From Lysobacterales bacterium (lineage in GTDB: Bacteria; Pseudomonadota; Gammaproteobacteria; Xanthomonadales; SZUA-5), in assembly GCA_022844165.1 (NCBI GenBank), contig JALHMH010000024.1, positions 11,157-75,156 on the forward strand: a stretch of 64,000 nt of DNA, given 5' to 3'. The translations under genes were made by a program, and so were the position numbers. Shown one piece after another: positions 1 to 10,330 of the stretch (position 1 is the stretch's first letter; each line of letters starts with the position of its first letter). The notes beneath the pieces are model-generated. The model searched no databases. It was not told where the DNA came from and worked only from the letters and a program-made list of their open reading frames with translations.

Positions 1-162
1 TGGACTTAGCCTGTGTGCGTGGAGCAAAACCGGCGAACTATGCGCGGATTCTGTAACTGGCTTGACAACCAACGCATACGTCTTAAGCCTGCCGCGACTG
101 TTCCGATCCCACCGGTTGGTTGACGTTGATCTTCGACTCCTTTGTCTTGTTGTTTGCAAACC

Positions 163-1542
163 ATGTCCAAGTTAGCTGCCCCAAATGCAAAACTTCATAT
201 CCTGATCCTGGCGGCGGGCGAGGGCAAGCGCATGCGCAGTCGCCGGCCGAAGGTGCTGTTGCCAGTGGCCGGAAAGCCGATGTTGCGCCACGTCATCGAC
301 ACCGCGCGATCATTGAATCCGGCCGGAATCAGGGTGGTCTATGGGCATCGTGGCGAGCAGCTTAGAGCCGCGTTCGCCGATGCTGGCGATCTGGTTTGGG
401 TGGAACAGGCGGCCCAGCGAGGCACCGGACATGCAGTGGGATTGGCACTGGCAGGATTGCCGGAGGATGCGCGCGTTCTCGTGTTGTATGGCGACGTGCC
501 ACTGTTAACCGCTGCAACCTTGGCGCCGCTGGCGTTGGGCAGCGGCTTGCAAGTGCTGACGGCGACGCTTGAAAATCCGCAGGGTTACGGCCGTGTCGTG
601 TTCGACGCGCGTGGCCGCGTCGCTACGATCGTCGAAGAGCGCGATGCGGATGATGCGACGCGCGCCATCACTGTGGTCAACACCGGTGTGATCGCGTGCG
701 AGGCCGGCGTCCTGCGCGGATGGCTGGCCCGCATTGAGCCGAATAATGCGCAGGGCGAGTTGTATCTGACCGACGTTTTTGCGTTCGCGGCGAGCGACGG
801 CAATGGGGCAGGCATCGTTGCCTGCCGGGATGCGGGCGAGGCTTTCGGTGCAAACGATCCGCTGCAACTTGCGGAACTTGAACGCCTATATCAGCGCCGT
901 TGCGTGGCGACGCTGTGTCACAACGGCGTGCGTGTCGCCGATGCGGCGCGGGTCGATGTGCGTGGTACGGTCGCGGTAGGCAGCGATGTGTCGCTGGACA
1001 TCGATGTCATCCTCGAGGGCGAAGTGTCGCTGGGCGACGATGTACTTATCGGTCCCTACTCGCGCGTGCGCAATTCGGTACTCGCTGCGGGCACCGAAGT
1101 GCTCGCGCACTGCGATCTCGACGGGGTGGTGACGATAGGGCCTTGCCGCATCGGGCCATTCGCGCGTTTGCGACCCGGTACTGTGCTTGGGCAAGGCGTG
1201 CACATCGGGAATTTTGTCGAGACCAAACAAGCGCACTTTAGCGATAGCAGCAAAGCCAATCACCTGAGCTATGTGGGTGACACCATCGTCGGCCATCGCG
1301 CCAACATCGGCGCAGGCACGATCACCTGCAACTACGATGGCGTCAACAAACATCAGACAAAGATCGGCGACGATGCATTCGTGGGCTCGAATTCATCGTT
1401 GGTCGCGCCAGTGACCATCGGCGCTGGCGCAACGATCGGTGCGGGCTCAGTCATCGCCAAAGATGCGCCTGCGGGCGAGCTCACCGTGGCGCGGGCCAAA
1501 CAGGCGACCATCAAGGGATGGAAGCGGCCAGCGAAGGAATGA
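163..1542 (+). CDS. glmU: bifunctional UDP-N-acetylglucosamine pyrophosphorylase/glucosamine-1-phosphate N-acetyltransferase
   Basis: [12 protein letters not shown] motif, GELYLTD, hexapeptide repeats, [10 protein letters not shown]; ATG at 163 chosen over TTG at 142. Confidence 0.97.
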   Translation: MSKLAAPNAKLHILILAAGEGKRMRSRRPKVLLPVAGKPMLRHVIDTARSLNPAGIRVVYGHRGEQLRAAFADAGDLVWVEQAAQRGTGHAVGLALAGLPEDARVLVLYGDVPLLTAATLAPLALGSGLQVLTATLENPQGYGRVVFDARGRVATIVEERDADDATRAITVVNTGVIACEAGVLRGWLARIEPNNAQGELYLTDVFAFAASDGNGAGIVACRDAGEAFGANDPLQLAELERLYQRRCVATLCHNGVRVADAARVDVRGTVAVGSDVSLDIDVILEGEVSLGDDVLIGPYSRVRNSVLAAGTEVLAHCDLDGVVTIGPCRIGPFARLRPGTVLGQGVHIGNFVETKQAHFSDSSKANHLSYVGDTIVGHRANIGAGTITCNYDGVNKHQTKIGDDAFVGSNSSLVAPVTIGAGATIGAGSVIAKDAPAGELTVARAKQATIKGWKRPAKE

Positions 1543-1556
1543 GCGGTTAGCCCGGC

Positions 1557-2018
1557 TTATAGCCACCGCCTGACCTTGACCATGTACCCGGCATATTCCG
1601 AACCAAACTTGTTCAGTAGTGCCCGCTCCTCGGGCGCGATCTGAAAGCGGTTCATGTACCACACAAAGGCCGGCAGCACGACCAGCGCAGCGGCGCTTTT
1701 CAGGCAAGTTGCAACTGCCAAAAGCACCAGCAGCATGCCCAGATACATTGGATTGCGGCTCCATCGGTATACGCCGGCCTGCACCACACGAGCCGAGCGC
1801 TCGGGCACCATGGGATTGATCGTTGTGCCCTGCGAACGGAACGAAGCTACGCCAGCGAGTGCGACCGCAGTTCCAAGTGCGAAGAGCAGGGCCGCAGCGA
1901 CGACTGCGGAGCCGAATTCAAGGTTCCATGTCGGGGTGATCTGCGACAGCGCCCAGGCTGCGCCAGCCGCAACTGCAAACACGATGAGTGGCGGCACTTT
2001 CAGTTCGAGCGAGACCAT
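1557..2018 (-). CDS. isoprenylcysteine carboxyl methyltransferase family membrane protein
   Basis: LELKVPP N-terminus, GVYRWSRNPMYLG and EERAL...FG.EY..Y...VRRWL motifs; start taken at MVSLELK. Confidence 0.88.
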   Translation of the reverse strand: MVSLELKVPPLIVFAVAAGAAWALSQITPTWNLEFGSAVVAAALLFALGTAVALAGVASFRSQGTTINPMVPERSARVVQAGVYRWSRNPMYLGMLLVLLAVATCLKSAAALVVLPAFVWYMNRFQIAPEERALLNKFGSEYAGYMVKVRRWL

Positions 2019-2063
2019 GTGTGTTTGCTCTCCGTACTCACAAGGCTGCAAAAGTCCAAAAAT

Positions 2064-2165
2064 CTGTGCGTTCCGCAAGTCGCGGGTCCGGCGCATGTCC
2101 GGACTCGATCCCTATGGATCAACCACTTACGTGCACAAACCATCAGCGAACCATCCTTGGTTCGC
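2064..2165. repeat. partial copy of MITE-like family B
   Basis: ~100 nt align by eye with 10198-10299, including the GCGAACCA-N4-TGGTTCGC hairpin; abuts CTAG at 2167-2170, which contains the Anbu stop codon. Confidence 0.8.
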
Positions 2166-2166
2166 A

Positions 2167-2907
2167 CTAGAACCCCCACTCGGGCGCGGGCATGGCGCGA
2201 TGGGCGTCGCGTAGTGCTGTGGACCAGCGTTCGCGGATCATCTGGAAATAAGGATCGTGTTCGCCGATGCGGCGCACGCAGGCGTGGCTCATGTCGTCGC
2301 GGCGATGAACCAGCAAGTCCAGCGGCAACCCAACCGAGAGATTCGACCGAAGGGTCGAGTCCATCGAAATCAGCGCCAGTTTGACACCATCGGCGAGCGG
2401 CATATCGGGGCGCACGGCGCGATCGAGAATGGGCTTGCCGTACTTGTGTTCGCCGATCTGCAGGAAAGGCGTGTCGCGCGTGGCTTCGATAAAATTGCCG
2501 GCCGCGTAGATCTGAAACAGGCGCAGGGTACGGCCGGCAATTTGCCCGCCAACCAACACCGAGACATCGAAGCGCACGTCTTGTTTGCGCATTGCCTCGC
2601 CATGAATTTTGTGGACATGGCGCACAGCTTCGCCAACGAGTTCTGCGGCGCGGAACATGGTGGGAACCGTGTACACAGTGTCCTTCTGCCCAGCGTCGGA
2701 TTCGGGCAACCCCTCCTGGATCAGATTCACCACGGACTGCGATACCGCCAGATTGCCCGAGGTCATCACCGAAATCAGTCGATCGCCCGGCTTGTGAAAA
2801 ACATGCAGCTTGGCGAATGTCGAAATGTTGTCCATGCCCGCGTTGGTCCGCGTGTCGGCGAGCATGACCAAGCCTGGTTCGAGCAAGAGACCGACGCAAT
2901 AGGTCAT
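2167..2907 (-). CDS. proteasome-type Ntn protease Anbu
   Basis: MTYCVG N-terminus (catalytic Thr after Met removal), DTRTNAG, QIGEHKYGKPILDR, SMDSTLRSNLSVGLPLD. Confidence 0.93.
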   Translation of the reverse strand: MTYCVGLLLEPGLVMLADTRTNAGMDNISTFAKLHVFHKPGDRLISVMTSGNLAVSQSVVNLIQEGLPESDAGQKDTVYTVPTMFRAAELVGEAVRHVHKIHGEAMRKQDVRFDVSVLVGGQIAGRTLRLFQIYAAGNFIEATRDTPFLQIGEHKYGKPILDRAVRPDMPLADGVKLALISMDSTLRSNLSVGLPLDLLVHRRDDMSHACVRRIGEHDPYFQMIRERWSTALRDAHRAMPAPEWGF

Positions 2908-2958
2908 ATGCAGATCGCGCTGAGCAAACAGGGAAAGATAGCCGAAACGAGCGTTGCC

Positions 2959-3759
2959 CTATTGATCGCCAACTCTCACCAGGACTTCAAGGGACTCAAT
3001 ACCACCGCCGACGCGCACGCCGCGCACGGGCGCCGCATCGCGATAGTCTCGCCCGGTCGCCACGCGCACGTAGCGCTCGTCCGGACAAATCTGGTTGGCT
3101 GGATCGAACCCCACCCACCCCAGGCCCTCGACATAGATCTCAACCCAGGCATGACTCGCGGCGATTTGTTCGGCGCTGGCGCACAAATATCCAGACACAT
3201 AGCGCGCCGGATGGCCCAGCGCGCGCGCTGCGGCCAGCAGCACGTGGGCGTGATCCTGGCACACACCGGCGCCGGCTGCCAAAGCCTCCGCGGCCGGCGT
3301 TGCGACGTCGGTCGTCAACGGTTGATAGTCGATACGCTCGCGAACGGCGGCACTGAGGCGATGCAGACGGGCAACGTCGCTCTCGGAATCGCGCGCGGTT
3401 CCATGAGCCATTTCCAGGATGGCCGCATCCGCGCTCGTGAGCAGCGTTGGATGGACAAAAAACGCTGGCGGCAACGAATCTTCGGTGTGCCCAACCACAC
3501 CATGGCGATCGAGCGTTTCGACTTCGGCATGCACATGCAGCCTGAGCGCGGCGGAGGGGCCTTCGGCGACATGCGTTGCAACTGGATTGCCAAAGCCGTC
3601 TCTGCTCGTGGGCCGAATCTTGCGCCCATCGACGTCGACACGCCACTCGTAGATGACCTGTCCGCCACCGGGCACTGGCCATAATCTCAAGGCCTGATGT
3701 ACGCGCAGCGGTGCATCGCCATAGCGATAAGTGGTCGTGTGATCGATCACGATTTGCAT
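2959..3759 (-). CDS. transglutaminase-like protein with N-terminal Bact_transglu_N domain
   Basis: IDHTTTYRY N-terminus, GVCQDHAH, SHAWVE, GWVGFDPAN, GRDYRDAAPVRG; start at MQIVID. Confidence 0.93.
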   Translation of the reverse strand: MQIVIDHTTTYRYGDAPLRVHQALRLWPVPGGGQVIYEWRVDVDGRKIRPTSRDGFGNPVATHVAEGPSAALRLHVHAEVETLDRHGVVGHTEDSLPPAFFVHPTLLTSADAAILEMAHGTARDSESDVARLHRLSAAVRERIDYQPLTTDVATPAAEALAAGAGVCQDHAHVLLAAARALGHPARYVSGYLCASAEQIAASHAWVEIYVEGLGWVGFDPANQICPDERYVRVATGRDYRDAAPVRGVRVGGGIESLEVLVRVGDQ

Positions 3760-3797
3760 GCGATTCCGCTCCGTCAAGGATTCACCAAACAAACGCG

Positions 3798-4715
3798 TCA
3801 GAAGCAATATCCGCGAGCGACTTGTGCGCTGATCTCGCCGATCCGCGCGATCAGATCGCGCAGCCGCGCCGTCGGGTGAGCATCGAGCACATCGTCGATG
3901 CGGCCGAAGCGCAGCTGCGCGTACATGAGGTGCGCGAGCCGTTTGCACTCGGCGCTTTGTCGCGGATCCTGGTCGCGAATTTCCGCGAGTTGCTGCGTGA
4001 TCTGCTCAAAACAGTAGACCAGCGAGCGCGGAAACTCCGGCCGCAGCATCAGCAGTTCCGCCACCGCACGTGGCGCAACGCGGCCTTTGTAGAAGACGCG
4101 ATAGGCGCGCCGAGCGCCGACGACGCGCAAGACCGCCAATGCAGCTTGATCATCGATGTTCTGAGCGTCGCTTGTGGACAGGCTTGCGGATACGCGTTCG
4201 GCGAGCAACCGCGCGCTGTTGTCGGCGCGCTCAAGAAACTGTCCAAGACGGGTAAAGCGAAACCCGTCGGTGCGCAGCAGCGTGCTGGCGTAAGCTCCAT
4301 GGAACAAGCCGGTGCGCGCTTTGACCCAATCTAAAAAGGCGCTGAGCCGATCCTCGTCCATCTTTGCCGGATCGAAGCTGCGCAATTCGAGCCATGTGCC
4401 ATTCACCGCATCCCACATATCCACGGTCAATGCCGTGCGCACGGCACGCGCGTTTCGCCGTGCGTTTTCCAGACAGCTGACGATGGACGACGCATTGGAG
4501 CTGTCGAAAGCCAGGTATCGCACCACACGTGTGCTGTCGGCGTTTTCCAGCGAGCTGCCGGATGCCGCCAGTGCCGCACGCCACTCGCTGTCGCGGTCGC
4601 CATCTGCGCGCACGGCCGACAAATGCGCCGCCGATAGCAGCAGACGCGCGGTGTAGTCGGCACGTTCCAGATCACGCGCCAGCCAATACAAATTGGAAGC
4701 AGTGCGCGCCAGCAT
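3798..4715 (-). CDS. alpha-E domain protein
   Basis: MLARTASNLYWLARDLERAD, ARRNARAVR, LGQFLERAD, FPRSL motifs; stop/start overlap with the ATP-grasp gene. Confidence 0.92.
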   Translation of the reverse strand: MLARTASNLYWLARDLERADYTARLLLSAAHLSAVRADGDRDSEWRAALAASGSSLENADSTRVVRYLAFDSSNASSIVSCLENARRNARAVRTALTVDMWDAVNGTWLELRSFDPAKMDEDRLSAFLDWVKARTGLFHGAYASTLLRTDGFRFTRLGQFLERADNSARLLAERVSASLSTSDAQNIDDQAALAVLRVVGARRAYRVFYKGRVAPRAVAELLMLRPEFPRSLVYCFEQITQQLAEIRDQDPRQSAECKRLAHLMYAQLRFGRIDDVLDAHPTARLRDLIARIGEISAQVARGYCF

Positions 4716-6154
4716 TAATCGAGCCCCTTGTCATTCTCGAGCACCCAGGTGTCTTTGGTGCCGCCGCCTTGCGAGGAATTCACCACCAACGAGCCTTCGC
4801 GCAGCGCAACGCGCGTCAGGCCGCCGGGCACAATACGCGTGCACTCGCCGGTGAGTACGAAGGGACGTAAGTCGACATGGCGCGGCGCGATGCCGTTTTC
4901 GACGAACGTCGGTACCGTCGACAGCGCCAATGTCGGTTGCGCGATGTACTCGTGCGGCCTGGCTCGTAGTTGCGCAGCGAACGCAGCTCGTTCGGCACTG
5001 CTGGCATGCGGTCCGACCAGCATCCCGTAACCACCAGAGCCATGCACCTCTTTGACCACCAGCTCATGGAGATGCTCAAGCACGTACTTCAGGTCGTCTG
5101 GTTTACGGCAATCGAAGGTCGGTACATTGGCCAGCAGTGGTTCTTCGCCCAAGTAAAACCGCACCATCTCGGGCACATGGATGTACACCGCCTTGTCGTC
5201 GGCGATGCCCGCGCCAATCGCGTTGGCGAGATTCACGTTGCCGGCACGATAGGCAAAATACAAACCCGGAACACCGAGCAGCGAGTTTTCCCGAAAGGCG
5301 AGGGGATCGATATAGTCGTCATCGATGCGTCGATACACCACGTCGACACGCTCAAGTCCGCCGGTGGTGCGCATATAACAAATGTCGTCGCGAACAATCA
5401 GATCCGCGCCTTCGACCAGTTCGATGCCCATTTCGTCGGCCAGAAAAGCGTGTTCGTAATAGGCGCTGTTGTGAATCCCGGGCGACAACAGCACGACTGT
5501 CGGTTCGCCGCGGCAATGAACCGGCGCCACACTGCGTAGTGTTTCCAGGAGTTCGTCGGGATAGTGCGCTACCGGCGCGACGCTGGCACGACGGAACAGC
5601 TCTGGGAACAACCGCAACATCACCTCACGATTTTCCAGCATGTACGAGACGCCTGAAGGCGTTCGACAATTGTCTTCCAGCACGTAGTACTGGTCTGGGC
5701 CGGTCCGGACCAGGTCAATGCCTGCAATATGCGTGTAGACCCGGCGCGGCAGCTCGAATCCGGCCATTTCCGGGCGGAACTGCGGATTGCCCAACACCAG
5801 CTGTTGCGGCACGCGCCCCGCGCGCAGGATCTCGCGATCATGATAAACATCGTGGATGAAGGCGTTGAGCGCCCGCACACGCTGCTCAAGCCCGCGCTGC
5901 AGGCGTTGCCATTCAGACTGCGCAAGCACTCGCGGGATCAGGTCGAAGGGAATCAGCCGTTCCGGATCGCCGCCTTCGCTGTACACGGCAAAGGTGATGC
6001 CGATGCGCCGAAACCATTCTTCAGCTTCGCGTCGCTTGAGTGCCACATGTTCGGGTGGCAGCGCCTGCAACCATGCGTCGATCAGCGCGTAGGGCGCACG
6101 TGTTGCGCCGTCGCTGTGCATCTCGTCGAATACCGGGGCGCTGGCTTGCGTCAT
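4715..6154 (-). CDS. circularly permuted type 2 ATP-grasp protein
   Basis: IPFDLIPR, VLEDNCRTPSGVSYMLENR, RRIDDDYIDP, GSLVVNSSQGGGTKDTWV. Confidence 0.95.
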   Translation of the reverse strand: MTQASAPVFDEMHSDGATRAPYALIDAWLQALPPEHVALKRREAEEWFRRIGITFAVYSEGGDPERLIPFDLIPRVLAQSEWQRLQRGLEQRVRALNAFIHDVYHDREILRAGRVPQQLVLGNPQFRPEMAGFELPRRVYTHIAGIDLVRTGPDQYYVLEDNCRTPSGVSYMLENREVMLRLFPELFRRASVAPVAHYPDELLETLRSVAPVHCRGEPTVVLLSPGIHNSAYYEHAFLADEMGIELVEGADLIVRDDICYMRTTGGLERVDVVYRRIDDDYIDPLAFRENSLLGVPGLYFAYRAGNVNLANAIGAGIADDKAVYIHVPEMVRFYLGEEPLLANVPTFDCRKPDDLKYVLEHLHELVVKEVHGSGGYGMLVGPHASSAERAAFAAQLRARPHEYIAQPTLALSTVPTFVENGIAPRHVDLRPFVLTGECTRIVPGGLTRVALREGSLVVNSSQGGGTKDTWVLENDKGLD

Positions 6155-6205
6155 CGTTTTCGCCTTGGCTTTTGTAGCGAGTGTGCCGTTGTGCGCTGCA
6201 CAACG

Positions 6206-6625
6206 TCAAGGCGTTGCGAACCAGGGCTCGATGTGCGCCATCAGTGCGGCGAAATAGGACGAGCGCCAGGTCTTTTCATCCAACACCAACAGTGGCGGCC
6301 ACTGCGCCACGGCATCGATGTCGATGGGGCACAACATTGGTGTTGACGACGGGCGGATGCGACCGACGCGAGCTTCGATCTCGCGCAGTGCGAGTTTTAG
6401 ATCGCTACGTGGCTCCGATTGACGCTGCATGTCGGCATGCACCAGTAGCGCCAGATTGAGATAAGGCGGGGCATCGTCTTGCGCTGCGGTGAGCACTCGC
6501 GCCGACTGTTTCACGACTGAAAACTGCCCATACAAGAGTTCCAGAGCGCGATCGATGTTCCGTTCTGGAGAGACGTTGCTGCCCAACACCAGCAGCAAGT
6601 AAGCCGGCTGCCGCTCGGCTACCAT
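6206..6625 (-). CDS. folK: 2-amino-4-hydroxy-6-hydroxymethyldihydropteridine diphosphokinase (divergent)
   Basis: LGSNV..ERNI..AL, YLN, LREIE...GR, IDID motifs; next to folB. Confidence 0.8.
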   Translation of the reverse strand: MVAERQPAYLLLVLGSNVSPERNIDRALELLYGQFSVVKQSARVLTAAQDDAPPYLNLALLVHADMQRQSEPRSDLKLALREIEARVGRIRPSSTPMLCPIDIDAVAQWPPLLVLDEKTWRSSYFAALMAHIEPWFATP

Positions 6626-6658
6626 AACTCGGGACTTAGCCGTTGTGCGGCGACTGCG

Positions 6659-6914
6659 CTAGAGTCCTTGTCTGAGCGGGATCTTATCATTTGAGTCAAG
6701 TTCTCGTCGGAGCGGCTTTGGCTGTTGAAGCCCCCTTGAGTACAAGGGGGGTGAGGATCGGCGCCGACACGCCGCTAGGCGTGTGCCGAGCCGAACGACC
6801 GGCGGCTGTGCCGCGGGGCCGGAAATGAGCGCGCAGCGCTCAATGGGGGTTTTGGCAAGTACGGTGTCTGGCGAAGCCAGCAATACTCGGCGGTCTGAGG
6901 CGAAGCCTCGCTAG
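6659..6914. repeat. MITE-like family A, longest copy, bounded by CTAG at both ends
   Basis: aligns with the reverse complement of 54773-54946 and with 22890-23000; CTAG at 6659-6662 and 6911-6914. Confidence 0.85.
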
Positions 6915-7303
6915 TCATCGAAATCGCCTTGAGCAGCGTTGATCGAATCGCGGTCGAGGTCGACGCGCACCGCGATCTCTGCCGGCAAAAGTCCGACGAC
7001 GCGCTTCCATGCGGTCAGCGTCAAACTCCTGAGTGGATAGCGGCGCATTAACTCACCGCCTAACTCATGCGTAAACCGCTCCAGCAGCTCGAAACGATGG
7101 CATTGCCCGAAACTGCGAATCGCGGCGCAGACGTCGTCATAGTCGACCGTGTCGCGAAGCGCATCGCTGCGCGCGGAACGCTGGCTGTCGAGCCTGAGCG
7201 AAACGTCTAACTTCAGCGCCTGCGGTGCGAGTTTTTCAACATCGTATACCCCGATAATCGTATCGACCCGGAGATTGTTGATCAGGATTGTCGTCAGTGA
7301 CAT
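6911..7303 (-). CDS. folB: dihydroneopterin aldolase
   Basis: I.NLRVDTIIGVYDVEK..PQ.L..D, D.L.DTVDY, F.LLE motifs; divergent from tsaD. Confidence 0.92.
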   Translation of the reverse strand: MSLTTILINNLRVDTIIGVYDVEKLAPQALKLDVSLRLDSQRSARSDALRDTVDYDDVCAAIRSFGQCHRFELLERFTHELGGELMRRYPLRSLTLTAWKRVVGLLPAEIAVRVDLDRDSINAAQGDFDD

Positions 7304-7551
7304 GAGCCGTCGGATGGTAAGCGGGGCGGAAGAGTCGGAGTCAGTTGGTCAGTAGAGCCATTGTTGAGCCTCGTGCATGATCAATCAAAGCGACGATCGA
7401 GTTCAGCCGTCCCAATGCCTTTTTCTTTTCGGCCATTGCGATGATGCCTGGAAAGTGAACCTGAGGAAGCTTAAATTCCCAGTGTCGGCAGAGGCATGCT
7501 CTGTGCTGATGTACCCTCTACGACTCCCTAGACCATGTCCGCCATTCTCCA

Positions 7552-8574
7552 ATGCGCATTTTAGGCATCGAAACCAGTTGCGATGAAACCGGACTGGCGA
7601 TTTACGACACCGAGCGCGGACTGCTCGCGGATCGATTGCACAGCCAGACGCAATTGCACAACGACTACGGCGGTGTGGTGCCCGAATTGGCCTCGCGCGA
7701 TCACATTCTGCGCTTATTGCCGTTGATCGACGAGGTGTTGATGCAGGCGCAATTGACGCGTCGCGATCTGGACGGTATTGCGTACACTGAGGGTCCGGGA
7801 TTGATTGGTGCGTTGCTGACCGGTGCAACGTTGGCAAAAACTCTGGCCTGGACGCTGAATGTGCCGGCGCTGGGCGTGCATCATCTCGAGGGCCACTTGC
7901 TGGCGCCGTTATTGGAAACGCCATCACCTGCTTTTCCGTTTGTGGCTCTCATCGTTTCTGGCGGGCACTCGCTGTTGATGGATGTGCAGGGCGTCGGCCG
8001 CTACGAACTGCTCGGCGATACACTGGACGATGCCGCGGGCGAGGCCTTCGACAAAACCGCCAAACTGCTGGGTTTGCCATATCCGGGCGGACCGGCGTTG
8101 GCTCAGTTGGCGCAATCTGGCGTTGCCGGCGCCTTCAAATTCTCGCGGCCACTGACCGATCGCCCAACGCTTGATTTCAGTTTCAGCGGCTTGAAGACGC
8201 AGGTGATGCTCGCGATCAAAGCGCAAGGCGACGATCGTTCTCGGGACGCAGATATCGCGCGCGGATTCGAGGACGCTGTCGTCGACACGTTGGTTTGGAA
8301 ATGCCAGCGAGCGCTACACCGGTCGCAGCGCTCGCGGCTGGTCGTGGCGGGAGGAGTCGGCGCGAACAAGCGGTTGCGCGAGCGCTTGCTCGCCCTGCCG
8401 CAGTGCGATGTCTACTTCCCACGCCCGGCGTTTTGCACCGACAACGGCGCCATGATCGCACTCGCCGGCGCGCTGCGCTTATCCGCCGGGCAACGCGAAG
8501 ATTCCATCATTCGCGCCACACCGCGTCGCGAGCTGGCCAGCCTTTTGCCGCCAGCTAAGGTAGGCGACGACTGA
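7552..8574 (+). CDS. tsaD: tRNA N6-adenosine threonylcarbamoyltransferase TsaD
   Basis: [54 protein letters not shown]. Confidence 0.98.
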   Translation: MRILGIETSCDETGLAIYDTERGLLADRLHSQTQLHNDYGGVVPELASRDHILRLLPLIDEVLMQAQLTRRDLDGIAYTEGPGLIGALLTGATLAKTLAWTLNVPALGVHHLEGHLLAPLLETPSPAFPFVALIVSGGHSLLMDVQGVGRYELLGDTLDDAAGEAFDKTAKLLGLPYPGGPALAQLAQSGVAGAFKFSRPLTDRPTLDFSFSGLKTQVMLAIKAQGDDRSRDADIARGFEDAVVDTLVWKCQRALHRSQRSRLVVAGGVGANKRLRERLLALPQCDVYFPRPAFCTDNGAMIALAGALRLSAGQREDSIIRATPRRELASLLPPAKVGDD

Positions 8575-8580
8575 CCAACC

Positions 8581-9597
8581 TCACTCCCCAGGTGCCTCTA
8601 CCAGATATCCTCGCGCGGCGAGCATCGCGAGATAGCCGTCGCTGTCCATGACCTGGCGCATCGGCAGTACCGCGAAACTCACTTCATGTTCTGCGATAGC
8701 GGCTTCGGCCGCTGCCAGCCATGTTTCCGCAAGGCGTTTGGGCAGTTCATCGTAGCCGCGCTTTTTGATCACATCCGAACGCATGATGGCGTTCTCGCAC
8801 GCATGGCGGCGATCGGTGAGCGGCACGTTTTTCAAGGTGGCGATGTCGCCATCGGCCCAGGCTGTTGCGCGCGCCTTGGCGGCACCGAGATCCTGCTCAA
8901 TGAAGGTCATGGTCTGTTTTAAGCAGGCCAGGTCGTCGAGCGACGTTGCGTTGAACTCCTTCACCAGTGCTTTGACGTCGTCGATCTTGATCTTGTATTC
9001 GGGCTCGATGGGTTTGAGTTTGTTGCGTTTGGCAGCGCGTTTGATCACCTTTTGCGTGACGCTGTCCAACTGCAGCCCGACCCGTTCCACCGACCGTTCG
9101 TACAGTTCGCCAGCGGCCACCAGTGGCCGGCGCTTCTCGATCGAGCGATCGCGTGGCATATAGCGCTTCTTGAGGTTGAGAAAGCGCGCGTACTCATCCG
9201 CCGGCATCACATCTTTGAGTTTTTCCTTTTCCGGGTTGTTGCGCATTCGCATCGCGCTCGGCAACAGTGCCATCGCACCGAAAAATCCCACATCGGCGTC
9301 GACTTCAATCCTGGGGCCGAGAAGGACCAGACCCGCATCCTCAATCACACCTTCGACGAGCGTCGAATCCCATTTCATGCGTTTCGGCACGGGAGAGACC
9401 GTGCCCAAGACCCACAATTCGTGCTCGTCCTTGGACACACGCCAAAGACCCGGGCCGGGCCGCGCCACGCTGACCACGACCTCCTCAACCGCAATGTCAT
9501 CATTCTCGCGTTCTGCTTGCGGGACCTCAGCTGGTGGTTCTTGTGCTGCAATGCCAGCGCTCAGTATGAGCACCGGAAACCAAAGGGCAATTTTCAT
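8581..9597 (-). CDS. TraB/GumN family protein, secreted
   Basis: signal peptide, PGPGLWRVSK...LWVLGT, ARATAWADGD, SFAVLP, GYLV motifs. Confidence 0.88.
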   Translation of the reverse strand: MKIALWFPVLILSAGIAAQEPPAEVPQAERENDDIAVEEVVVSVARPGPGLWRVSKDEHELWVLGTVSPVPKRMKWDSTLVEGVIEDAGLVLLGPRIEVDADVGFFGAMALLPSAMRMRNNPEKEKLKDVMPADEYARFLNLKKRYMPRDRSIEKRRPLVAAGELYERSVERVGLQLDSVTQKVIKRAAKRNKLKPIEPEYKIKIDDVKALVKEFNATSLDDLACLKQTMTFIEQDLGAAKARATAWADGDIATLKNVPLTDRRHACENAIMRSDVIKKRGYDELPKRLAETWLAAAEAAIAEHEVSFAVLPMRQVMDSDGYLAMLAARGYLVEAPGE

Positions 9598-9753
9598 GAG
9601 TTCGTCCAGGTGGTATGGCTGAGTCTTGCGCTTCGCCCAGGGTCAAAATGCAGCGGAAATCTCTTGCACCGTGGTAAGGCATTACACTAGTCGCTGGAGC
9701 GTCAAGCCGCGCTTAAGCGGCCCGGCAACGCTCGCCACTTGACAAAGGAACTT

Positions 9754-10137
9754 ATGGTCATGTCCGCGCTTCATTCCTGGCACAACGTGGTGCGCACGCG
9801 CGATCCGAATGAACTTGCGATATTGCTCGCAGAGGATGTGGTGTTCCATTCGCCTGTCATGCATCGAGCGATGCGTGGGAGGGCGTTCGCGATGGCCTAT
9901 CTCACGGCTGCGATGCAGATCATCGGCAACCCAAATTTTCGCTATGTGCGCGAGATTGCAGTTGGCGACGAGGCGCTCCTTGAATTTGAAACGGAGATCG
10001 ACGGCGTGTATGTCAATGGGGTCGATCTCATTCGATTTTGCGACGGCAAAATCGTCGACTTCAAAGTCATGTTGCGCCCGACAAAGGCGCTCGAGGTCGT
10101 GCAGGCGAAGATGGCGGAACGTCTACAGAAAAACTGA
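9754..10137 (+). CDS. SnoaL-like/NTF2 family protein
   Basis: LLAEDVVFHSPV, F.YVRE, NGVDLI, FKVMLRP; RBS AAAGGA before ATG 9754. Confidence 0.88.
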   Translation: MVMSALHSWHNVVRTRDPNELAILLAEDVVFHSPVMHRAMRGRAFAMAYLTAAMQIIGNPNFRYVREIAVGDEALLEFETEIDGVYVNGVDLIRFCDGKIVDFKVMLRPTKALEVVQAKMAERLQKN

Positions 10138-10170
10138 AGTGCGACCGTTGCGTGCGCTTTGATAAGCGCT

Positions 10171-10330
10171 CTAACACGTTGTTGAGAAACGCACTTCCTG
10201 TGCGTTTCTCAAGTCGCGAGTTCGGCACATGTCCAGACTCGCTCTCCATGGATCAAGCACTTACGTGCTCGACCCATGTGCGAACCATCCATGGTTCGCG
10301 CCCGCAGGCTGTTTCTCAACAGCCTGCTAA
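10171..10330. mobile_element. MITE family B with terminal inverted repeats and CTAA direct repeats
   Basis: left end CTAACACGTTGTTGAGAAAC, right end GTTTCTCAACAGCCTGCTAA; interior matches 2064-2165; no transposase. Confidence 0.8.

Noticed and set aside
2257-3684. Long antisense ORFs (also 18392-19573, 19949-21376, 29706-31079, 46615-48075, 51563-53080)
   Set aside because: Shadow frames opposite well-supported genes, expected in GC-rich DNA; no recognisable motifs
6172-6190. sigma54 promoter for the Anbu operon (CGGCACACTCGCTAC)
   Set aside because: -24 GG is present but the essential -12 GC reads AC
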